Part shown: one piece after another, positions 28,301-40,900 of the stretch
Position numbering within the stretch: position 1 is the first letter of the stretch
How the letters are laid out: each line of letters starts with the position of its first letter
Assembly: GCF_009914755.1 (NCBI RefSeq)
Contig: NC_060925.1
DNA from: the human T2T-CHM13v2.0 reference genome, Homo sapiens
Direction: 5' to 3' (one strand)
DNA length: 64,000 bases
Notes under the pieces: generated by a model
Seen by the model: the letters and a program-made list of their open reading frames with translations, nothing else
Told to the model about the DNA's origin: nothing
Databases searched by the model: none
Position numbers and translations under genes: made by a program

Positions 28301-31300
28301 TCATTGAATGGAATCAGATGGAATCATCGAATGGACTGGAATGGAATCATTGAATGGACTCGAAAGGGATCATGATTGAATGGAATTGAATGGAATCATC
28401 GAATGGTCTCGATTGGAATCATTATCAAATGGAATCGAATGGAATCACCGAATAGAATCGAATGGAACAATCATCGAATGGACTCAAATGGAATTATCCT
28501 CAAATGGAATCGAATGGAATTATCGAATGCAATCGAATGGAATTATCGAATGCAATCGAATAGAATCATCGAATGGACTCGAATGGAATCATCGAATGGA
28601 ATGGAATGGAACAGTCAATGAACACGAATGGAATCATCATTGAATGGAATCGAATGGAATCATCGAGTGGAATCGAATGGAATTATGATCAAATGGAATC
28701 GAATGTAATCATCATCAAATGGAATCAAAAATAACCATCATCAATTGGTATTGAATGGAATTGTCATCAAATGGAATTCAAAGGAATCATCATCAAATGG
28801 AACCGAATGGAATCCTCATTGAATGGAAATGAAAGGGGTCATCATCTAATGGAATCGCATGGAATCATCATCAAATGGAATCGAATGGAATCATCATCAA
28901 ATGGAATCTAATGGAATCATTGAACAGAATTGAATGGAATGGTCATTGAATGAATTGAATGCAATCATCGAATGGTCTCGAATGGAATCATCTTCTAATG
29001 GAAAGGAATGGAATCATCGCATAGAATCGAATGGAATTATCATCGAATGGAATCGAATGGTATCAACACCAAACGGAAAAAAACGGAATTATCGAATGGA
29101 ATCGAAGAGAATCTTCGAACGGACCCGAATGGAATCATCTAATGGAATAGAATGGAATAATCCATGGACTCGAATGCAATCATCATCGAATGGAATCGAA
29201 TGGAATCATCGAATGGACTCGAATGGAATAATCATTGAACAGAATCGAATGGAATCATCATCAGATGGAAACGAATGGAATCATCATCGAATGGAAATGA
29301 AAGGAGTCATCATCTAATGGAATTGCATGGAATCATCATAAAATGGAATCGAATGGAATCAACATCAAATGGAATCAAATGGAATCATTGAACGGAATTG
29401 AATGGAATCGTCATCGAATGAATTGACTGCAATCATCGAATGGTCTCGGAATCATCTTCAAATGGAATGGAATGGAATCATCGCATAGAATCGAATGGAA
29501 TTATCATCGAATGGAATCGAATGGAATCAACATCAAACGGAAAAAAACGGAATTATCGAATGGAATCGAAGAGAATCATCGAATGGACCCGAATGGAATC
29601 ATCTAATGGAATGGAATGGAATAATCCATGGACTCGAATGCAATCATCATCGAATGGAATCGAATGGAATCATCGAATGAACTCGAATGGAATCATCATT
29701 GAATGGAATCGAATGGAATCATCGAGTGGAATCGAAAGGAATTATGATCAAATGGAATCGAATGTAATCATCATCAAATGGAATCAAAAATAACCATCAT
29801 CAATTGGTATTGAATGGAATTGTCATCAAATGGAATTCAAAGGAATCATCATCAAATGGAACCGAATGGAATCCTCATTGAATGGAAATGAAAGGGGTCA
29901 TCATCTAATGGAATCGCATGGAATCATCATCAAATGGAATCGAATGGAATCATCATCAAATGGAATCTAATGGAATCATTGAACAGAATTGAATGGAATC
30001 GTCATCGAATGAATTGAATGCAATCATCGAATGGTCTCGAATGGAATCATCTTCTAATGGAAAGGAATGGAATCATCGCATAGAATCGAATGGAATTATC
30101 ATCGAATGGAATCGAATGGTATCAACACCAAACGGAAAAAAACGGAATTATCGAATGGAATCGAAGAGAATCTTCGAACGGACCCGAATGGAATCATCTA
30201 ATGGAATGGAATGGAATAATCCATGGACTCGAATGCAATCATCATCGAATGGAATGGAATGGAATCATCGAATGGACTCGAATGGAATAATCATTGAACG
30301 GAATCGAATGGAATCATCATCGGATGGAAACGAATGGAATCATCATCGAATGGAAATGAAAGGAGTCATCATCTAATGGAATTGCATGGAATCATCATAA
30401 AATGGAATCGAATGGAATCAACATCAAATGGAATCAAATGGAATCATTGAACGGAATTGAATGGAATCGTCATCGAATGAATTGACTGCAATCATCGAAT
30501 GGTCTCGAATGGAATCAACTTCAAATGGAATGGAATGGAATCATCGAATAGAATCGAATGGAATTATCATCGAATGGAATCAACATCAAACGGAAAAAAA
30601 CGGAATTATCGAATGGAATCGAAGAGAATCATCGAAGGGACCCGAACGGAATCATCTAATGGAATGGAATGGAATAATCCATGGACTCGAATGCAATCAT
30701 CATCGAATGGAATCGAATGGAATCATCGAATGGACTCGAATGGAATAATCATTGAACGGAAACGAATGGAATCATCATCGGATGGAAATGAATGGAATCA
30801 TCATCGAATGGAATCGAATAGAATTATGGAATGAAATCCAGTGTGATCATCATCGAATGGACCCGAATGGAATCATCATCCAACGGAAGCTAATGGAATC
30901 AACATCGAATGAATCGAATGGAAACACCATCGAATTGAAACGAATGGAATTATCATGAAATTGAAATGGATGGACTCATCATCGAATGGATTCGAATGGA
31001 ATCATCGAATAAAATTGATTGAAATCATCATCGAATGGAATCGAATGGTATCATTGATTGGAATCGAATGGAATCATCATCAGATGGAAATGAATGGAAT
31101 CGTCATAGAATGTAATCGAATGGATTCATTGAATGGAATCAGATGGAATCATCGAATGGACTGGAATGGAATCATTGAATGGACTCGAAAGGGATCATGA
31201 TTGAATGGAATTGAATGGAATCATCGAATGGTCTCGATTGGAATCATTATCAAATGGAATCGAATGGAATCACCGAATAGAATCGAATGGAACAATCATC

Positions 31301-33370
31301 GAATGGACTCAAATGGAATTATCCTCCAATGGAATCGAATGGAATTATCGAATGCAATCGAATGGAATTATCGAATGCAATCGAATAGAATCATCGAATG
31401 GACTCGAATGGAATCATCGAATGGAATGGAATGGAACAGTCAATGAACTCGAATGGAATCATCATTGAATGGAATCGAATGGAATCATCGAGTGGAATCG
31501 AATGGAATTATGATCAAATGGAATCGAATGTAATCATCATCAAATGGAATCAAAAATAACCATCATCAATTGGTATTGAATGGAATTGTCATCAAATGGA
31601 ATTCAAAGGAATCATCATCAAATGGAACCGAATGGAATCCTCATTGAATGGAAATGAAAGGGGTCATCATCTAATGGAATCGCATGGAATCATCATCAAA
31701 TGGAATCGAATGGAATCATCATCAAATGGAATCTAATGGAATCATTGAACAGAATTGAATGGAATGGTCATCGAATGAATTGAATGCAATCATCGAATGG
31801 TCTCGAATGGAATCATCTTCTAATGGAAAGGAATGGAATCATCGCATAGAATCGAATGGAATTATCATCGAATGGAATCGAATGGTATCAACACCAAACG
31901 GAAAAAAACGGAATTATCGAATGGAATCGAAGAGAATCTTCGAACGGACCCGAATGGAATCATCTAATGGAATGGAATGGAACAATCCATGGACTCGAAT
32001 GCAATCATCATCGAATGGAATCGAATGGAATCATCGAATGGACTCGAATGGAATAATCATTGAACGGAATCGAATGGAATCATCATCGGATGGAAACGAA
32101 TGGAATCATCATCGAATGGAAATGAAAGGAGTCATCATCTAATGGAATTGCATGGAATCATCATAAAATGGAATCGAATGGAATCAACATCAAATGGAAT
32201 CAAATGGAATCATTGAACGGAATTGAATGGAATCGTCATCGAATGAATTGACTGCAATCATCGAATGGTCTCGGAATCATCTTCAAATGGAATGGAATGG
32301 AATCATCGCATAGAATCGAATGGAATTATCATCGAATGGAATCGAATGGAATCAACATCAAACGGAAAAAAACGGAATTATCGAATGGAATCGAAGAGAA
32401 TCATCGAATGGACCCGAATGGAATCATCTAATGGAATGGAATGGAATAATCCATGGACTCGAATGCAATCATCATCGAATGGAATCGAATGGAATCATCG
32501 AATGGACTCGAATGGAATAATCATTGAACGGAATCGAATGGAATCATCATCGGATGGAAATGAATGGAATCATCATCGAATGGAATCGAATAGAATTATG
32601 GAATGAAATCCAGTGTGATCATCATCGAATGGACCCGAATGGAATCATCATCCAACGGAAGCTAATGGAATCAACATCGAATGAATCGAATGGAAACACC
32701 ATCGAATTGAAACGAATGGAATTATCATGAAATTGAAATGGATGGACTCATCATCGAATGGATTCGAATGGAATCATCGAATAAAATTGATTGAAATCAT
32801 CACCGAATGGAATCGAATGGTATCATTGAATGGAATCGAATGGAATCATCATCAGATGGAAATGAATGGAATCGTCATAGAATGGAATCGAATGGATTCA
32901 TTGAATGGAATCAGATGGAATCATCGAATGGACTGGAATGGAATCATTGAATGGACTCGAAAGGGATCATGATTGAATGGAATTGAATGGAATCATCGAA
33001 TGGTCTCGATTGGAATCATTATCAAATGGAATCGAATGGAATCACCGAATAGAATCGAATGGAACAATCATCGAATGGACTCAAATGGAATTATCCTCAA
33101 ATGGAATCGAATGGAATTATCGAATGCAATCGAATGGAATTATCGAATGCAATCGAATAGAATCATCGAATGGACTCGAATGGAATCATCGAATGGAATG
33201 GAATGGAACAGTCAATGAACGCGAATGGAATCATCATTGAATGGAATCGAATGGAATCATCGAGTGGAATCGAATGGAATTATGATCAAATGGAATCGAA
33301 TGTAATCATCATCAAATGAAATCAAAAATAACCATCATCAATTGGTATTGAATGGAATTGTCATCAAATG
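10386..33370 (+). repeat. Five tandem copies of a 4,597-bp higher-order repeat (1059+1766+1772)
   Basis: Marker ORFs at 10546, 15143, 19740, 24337, 28934 and 33531 are all 4,597 apart. Each copy carries the same block-specific variants: gaacagaatcg, tcgaagggacccg, cattgattgg, tagaatgtaatc, ggaacaatcc, atcaccgaatgg. Confidence 0.93.
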
Positions 33371-36300
33371 GAATTCAAAGGAATCATCATCAAATGGAAC
33401 CGAATGGAATCCTCATTGAATGGAAATGAAAGGGGTCATCATCTAATGGAATCGCATGGAATCATCATCAAATGGAATCGAATGGAATCATCATCAAATG
33501 GAATCTAATGGAATCATTGAACAGAATTGAATGGAATCGTCATCGAATGAATTGAATGCAATCATCGAATGGTCTCGAATGGAATCATCTTCTAATGGAA
33601 AGGAATGGAATCATCGCATAGAATCGAATGGAATTATCATCGAATGGAATCGAATGGTATCAACACCAAACGGAAAAAAACGGAATTATCGAATGGAATC
33701 GAAGAGAATCTTCGAACGGACCCGAATGGAATCATCTAATGGAATGGAATGGAATAATCCATGGACTCGAATGCAATCATCATCGAATGGAATCGAATGG
33801 AATCATCGAATGGACTCGAATGGAATAATCATTGAACGGAATCGAATGGAATCATCATCAGATGGAAACGAATGGAATCATCATCGAATGGAAATGAAAG
33901 GAGTCATCATCTAATGGAATTGCATGGAATCATCATAAAATGGAATCGAATGGAATCAACATCAAATGGAATCAAATGGAATCATTGAACGGAATTGAAT
34001 GGAATCGTCATCGAATGAATTGACTGCAATCATCGAATGGTCTCGGAATCATCTTCAAATGGAATGGAATGGAATCATCGCATAGAATCGAATGGAATTA
34101 TCATCGAATGGAATCGAATGGAATCAACATCAAACGGAATAAAACGGAATTATCGAATGGAATCGAAGAGAATCATCGAATGGACCCGAATGGAATCATC
34201 TAATGGAATGGAATGGAATAATCCATGGACTCGAATGCAATCATCATCGAATGGAATCGAATGGAATCATCGAATGGACTCGAATGGAATAATCATTGAA
34301 CGGAATCGAATGGAATCATCATCGGATGGAAACGAATGGAATCATCATCGAATGGAATCGAATAGAATTATGGAATGAAATCCAGTGTGATCATCATCGA
34401 ATGGACCCGAATGGAATCATCATCCAACGGAAGCTAATGGAATCAACATCGAATGAATCGAATGGAAACACCATCGAATTGAAACGAATGGAATTATCAT
34501 GAAATTGAAATGGATGGACTCATCATCGAATGGATTCGAATGGAATCATCGAATAAAATTGATTGAAATCATCATCGAATGGAATCGAATGGTATCATTG
34601 AATGGAATCGAATGGAATCATCATCAGATGGAAATGAATGGAATCGTCATAGAATGGAATCGAATGGATTCATTGAATGGAATCAGATGGAATCATCGAA
34701 TGGACTGGAATGGAATCATTGAATGGACTCGAAAGGGATCATGATTGAATGGAATTGAATGGAATCATCGAATGGTCTCGATTGGAATCATTATCAAATG
34801 GAATCGAATGGAATCACCGAATAGAATCGAATGGAACAATCATCGAATGGACTCAAATGGAATTATCCTCAAATGGAATCGAATGGAATTATCGAATGCA
34901 ATCGAATGGAATTATCGAATGCAATCGAATAGAATCATCGAATGGACTCGAATGGAATCATCGAATGGAATGGAATGGAACAGTCAATGAACTCGAATGG
35001 AATCATCATTGAATGGAATCGAATGGAATCATCGAGTGGAATCGAATGGAATTATGATCAAATGGAATCGAATGTAATCATCATCAAATGGAATCAAAAA
35101 TAACCATCATCAATTGGTATTGAATGGAATTGTCATCAAATGGAATTCAAAGGAATCATCATCAAATGGAACCGAATGGAATCCTCATTGAATGGAAATG
35201 AAAGGGGTCATCATCTAATGGAATCGCATGGAATCATCATCAAATGGAATCGAATGGAATCATCATCAAATGGAATCTAATGGAATCATTGAACAGAATT
35301 GAATGGAATCGTCATCGAATGAATTGAATGCAATCATCGAATGGTCTCGAATGGAATCATCTTCTAATGGAAAGGAATGGAATCATCGCATAGAATCGAA
35401 TGGAATTATCATCGAATGGAATCGAATGGTATCAACACCAAACGGAAAAAAACGGAATTATCGAATGGAATCGAAGAGAATCTTCGAACGGACCCGAATG
35501 GAATCATCTAATGGAATGGAATGGAATAATCCATGGACTCGAATGCAATCATCATCGAATGGAATCGAATGGAATCATCGAATGGACTCGAATGGAATAA
35601 TCATTGAACGGAATCGAATGGAATCATCATCAGATGGAAACGAATGGAATCATCATCGAATGGAAATGAAAGGAGTCATCATCTAATGGAATTGCATGGA
35701 ATCATCATAAAATGGAATCGAATGGAATCAACATCAAATGGAATCAAATGGAATCATTGAACGGAATTGAATGGAATCATCATCGAATGAATTGACTGCA
35801 ATCATCGAGTGGTCTCGGAATCATCTTCAAATGGAATGGAATGGAATCATCGCATAGAATCGAATGGAATTATCATCGAATGGAATCGAATGGAATCAAC
35901 ATCAAACGGAAAAAAACGGAATTATCGAATGGAATCGAAGAGAATCATCGAATGGACCCGAATGGAATCATCTAATGGAATGGAATGGAATAATCCATGG
36001 ACTCGAATGCAATCATCATCGAATGGAATCGAATGGAATCATTGAATGGACTCGAATGGAATAATCATTGAACGGAATCGAATGGAATCATCATCGGATG
36101 GAAATGAATGGAATCATCATCGAATGGAATCGAATAGAATTATGGAATGAAATCCAGTGTGATCATCATCGAATGGACCCGAATGGAATCATCATCCAAC
36201 GGAAGCTAATGGAATCAACATCGAATGAATCAAATGGAAACATCATCGAATTGAAACGAATGGAATTATCATGAAATTGAAATGGATGGACTCATCATCG

Positions 36301-37977
36301 AATGGATTCGAATGGAATCATCGAATAAAATTGATTGAAATCATCAGCGAATTTAATCGAATGGTATCATTGAATGGAATCGAATGGAATCATCATCAGA
36401 TGGAAATGAATGGAATCGTCATAGAATGGAATCGAACGGATTCATTGAATGGAATCAGATGGAATCATCGAATGGACTGGAATGGAATCATTGAATGGAC
36501 TCGAAAGGGATCATGATTGAATGGAATTGAATGGAATCATCGAATGGTCTCGATTGGAATCATTATCAAATGGAATCGAATGGAATCACCGAATAGAATC
36601 GAATGGAACAATCATCGAATGGACTCAAATGGAATTATCCTCCAATGGAATCGAATGGAATTATCGAATGCAATCGAATGGAATTATCGAATGCAATCGA
36701 ATAGAATCATCGAATGGACTCGAATGGAATCATCGAATGGAATGGAATGGAACAGTCAATGAACTCGAATGGAATCATCATTGAATGGAATCGAATGGAA
36801 TCATCGAGTGGAATCGAATGGAATTATGATCAAATGGAATCGAATGTAATCATCATCAAATGGAATCAAAAATAACCATCATCAATTGGTATTGAATGGA
36901 ATTGTCATCAAATGGAATTCAAAGGAATCATCATCAAATGGAACCGAATGGAATCCTCATTGAATGGAAATGAAAGGGGTCATCATCTAATGGAATCGCA
37001 TGGAATCATCATCAAATGGAATCGAATGGAATCATCATCAAATGGAATCTAATGGAATCATTGAACAGAATTGAATGGAATCGTCATCGAATGAATTGAA
37101 TGCAATCATCGAATGGTCTCGAATGGAATCATCTTCTAATGGAAAGGAATGGAATCATCGCATAGAATCAAATGGAATTATCATCGAATGGAATCGAATG
37201 GTATCAACACCAAACGGAAAAAAACGGAATTATCGAATGGAATCGAAGAGAATCTTCGAACGGACCCGAATGGAATCATCTAATGGAATGGAATGGAATA
37301 ATCCATGGACTCGAATGCAATCGTCATCGAATGGAATCGAATGGAATCATCGAATGGACTCGAATGGAATAATCATTGAACGGAATCGATTGGAATCATC
37401 ATCGGATGGAAACGAATGGAATCATCATCGAATGGAAATGAAAGGAGTCATCATCTAATGGAATTGCATGGAATCATCATAAAATGGAATCGAATGGAAT
37501 CAACATCAAATGGAATCAAATGGAATCATTGAACGGAATTGAATGGAATCGTCATCGAATGAATTGACTGCAATCATCGAATGGTCTCGAATGGAATCAT
37601 CTTCAAATGGAATGGAATGGAATCATCGCATAGAATCGAATGGAATTATCATCGAATGGAATCGAATGGAATCAACATCAAACGGAAAAAAACGGAATTA
37701 TCGAATGGAATCGAAGAGAATCATCGAATGGACCCGAATGGAATCATCTAATGGAATGGAATGGAATAATCCATGGACTCGAATGCAATCATCATCGAAT
37801 GGAATCGAATGGAATCATCGAATGAACTCGAATGGAATCATCATTGAATGGAATCGAATGGAATCATCGAGTGGAATCGAATGGAATTATGATCAAATGG
37901 AATCGAATGTAATCATCATCAAATGGAATCAAAAATAACCATCATCATTTGGTATTGAATGGAATTGTCATCAAATG
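33371..37977 (+). repeat. Transition zone: two 1,772-bp units followed by one 1,063-bp deleted unit
   Basis: Marker spacings are 33531-35303-37075 (1,772 each, carrying the 4-bp deletion ggtctcggaatc) and 37075-38138 (1,063; deletion junction at 37821, no 4-bp deletion). Confidence 0.87.
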
Positions 37978-40900
37978 GAATTCAAAGGAATCATCATCAA
38001 ATGGAACCGAATGGAATCCTCATTGAATGGAAATGAAAGGGGTCATCATCTAATGGAATCGCATGGAATCATCATCAAATGGAATCGAATGGAATCATCA
38101 TCAAATGGAATCTAATGGAATCATTGAACAGAATTGAATGGAATCGTCATCGAATGAATTGAATGCAATCATCGAATGGTCTCCAATGGAATCATCTTCT
38201 AATGGAAAGGAATGGAATCATCGCATAGAATCGAATGGAATTATCATCGAATGGAATCGAATGGTATCAACACCAAACGGAAAAAAACGGAATTATCGAA
38301 TGGAATCGAAGAGAATCTTCGAACGGACCCGAATGGAATCATCTAATGGAATGGAATGGAATAATCCATGGACTCGAATGCAATCATCATCGAATGGAAT
38401 CGAATGGAATCATCGAATGGACTCGAATGGAATAATCATTGAACGGAATCGAATGGAATCATCATCGGATGGAAACGAATGGAATCATCATCGAATGGAA
38501 ATGAAAGGAGTCATCATCTAATGGAATTGCATGGAATCATCATAAAATGGAATCGAATGGAATCAACATCAAATGGAATCAAATGCAATCATTGAACGGA
38601 ATTGAATGGAATCGTCATCGAATGAATTGACTGCAATCATCGAATGGTCTCCAATGGAATCATCTTCAAATGGAATGGAATGGAATCATCGCATAGAATC
38701 GAATGGAATTATCATCGAATGGAATCGAATGGAATCAACATCAAACGGAAAAAAACGGAATTATCGAATGGAATCGAAGAGAATCATCGAATGGACCCGA
38801 ATGGAATCATCTAATGGAATGGAATGGAATAATCCATGGACTCGAATGCAATCATCATCGAATGGAATCGAATGGAATCATCGAATGGACTCGAATGGAA
38901 TAATCATTGAACGGAAACGAATGGAATCATCATCGGATGGAAATGAATGGAATCATCATCGAATGGAATCGAATAGAATTATGGAATGAAATCCAGTGTG
39001 ATCATCATCGAATGGACCCGAATGGAATCATCATCCAACGGAAGCTAATGGAATCAACATCGAATGAATCGAATGGAAACACCATCGAATTGAAACGAAT
39101 GGAATTATCATGAAATTGAAATGGATGGACTCATCATCGAATGGATTCGAATGGAATCATCGAATAAAATTGATTGAAGTCATCATCGAATGGAATCGAA
39201 TGGTATCATTGAATGGAATCGAATGGAATCATCATCAGATGGAAATGAATGGAATCGTCATAGAATGGAATCGAATGGATTCATTGAATGGAATCAGATG
39301 GAATCATCGAATGGACTGGAATGGAATCATTGAATGGACTCGAAAGGGATCATGATTGAATGGAATTGAATGGAATCATCGAATGGTCTCGATTGGAATC
39401 ATTATCAAATGGAATCGAATGGAATCACCGAATAGAATCGAATGGAACAATCATCGAATGGACTCAAATGGAATTATCCTCAAATGGAATCGAATGGAAT
39501 TATGGAATGCAATCGAATGGAATTATCGAATGCAATCGAATAGAATCATCGAATGGACTCGAATGGAATCATCGAATGGAATGGAATGGAACAGTCAATG
39601 AACTCGAATGGAATCATCATTGAATGGAATCGAATGGAATCATCGAGTGGAATCGAATGGAATTATGATCAAATGGAATCGAATGTAATCATCATCAAAT
39701 GGAATCAAAAATAACCATCATCAATTGGTATTGAATGGAATTGTCATCAAATGGAATTCAAAGGAATCATCATCAAATGGAACCGAATGGAATCCTCATT
39801 GAATGGAAATGAAAGGGGTCATCATCTAATGGAATCGCATGGAATCATCATCAAATGGAATCGAATGGAATCATCATCAAATGGAATCTAATGGAATCAT
39901 TGAACAGAATTGAATGGAATCTTCATCGAATGAATTGAATGCAATCATCGAATGGTCTCGAATGGAATCATCTTCTAATGGAAAGGAATGGAATCATCGC
40001 AGAGAATCGAATGGAATTATCATCGAATGGAATCGAATGGTATCAACACCAAACGGAAAAAAACGGAATTATCGAATGGAATCGAAGAGAATCTTCGAAC
40101 GGACCCGAATGGAATCATCTAATGGAATGGAATGGAATAATCCATGGACTCGAATGCAATCATCATCGAATGGAATCGAATGGAATCATCGAATGGACTC
40201 GAATTTAATAATCATTGAACGGAATCGAATGGAATCATCATCGGATGGAAACGAATGGAATCATCATCGAATGGAAATGAAAGGAGTCATCATCTAATGG
40301 AATTGCATGGAATCATCATAAAATGGAATCGAATGGAATCAACATCAAATGGAATCAAATGGAATCATTGAACGGAATTGAATGGAAGCGTCATCGAATG
40401 AATTGACTGCAATCATCGAATGGTCTCGAATGGAATCATCCTCAAATGGAATGGAATGGAATCATCGCATAGAATCGAATGGAATTATCATCGAATGGAA
40501 TCGAATGGAATCAACATCCAACGGAAAAAAACGGAATTATCGAATGGAATCGAAGAGAATCATCGAATGGACCCGAATGGAATCATCTAATGGAATGGAA
40601 TGGAATAATCCATGGACTCGAATGCAATCATCATCGAATGGAATCGAATGGAATCATCGAATGGACTCGAATGGAATAATCATTGAACAGAATCGAATGG
40701 AATCATCATCGGATGGAAATGAATGGAATCATCATCGAATGGAATCGAATAGAATTATGGAATGAAATCCAGTGTGATCATCATCGAATGGACCCGAATG
40801 GAATCATCATCCAACGGAAGCTAATGGAATCAACATCGAATGAATCGAATGGAAACACCATCGAATTGAAACGAATGGAATTATCATGAAATTGAAATGG

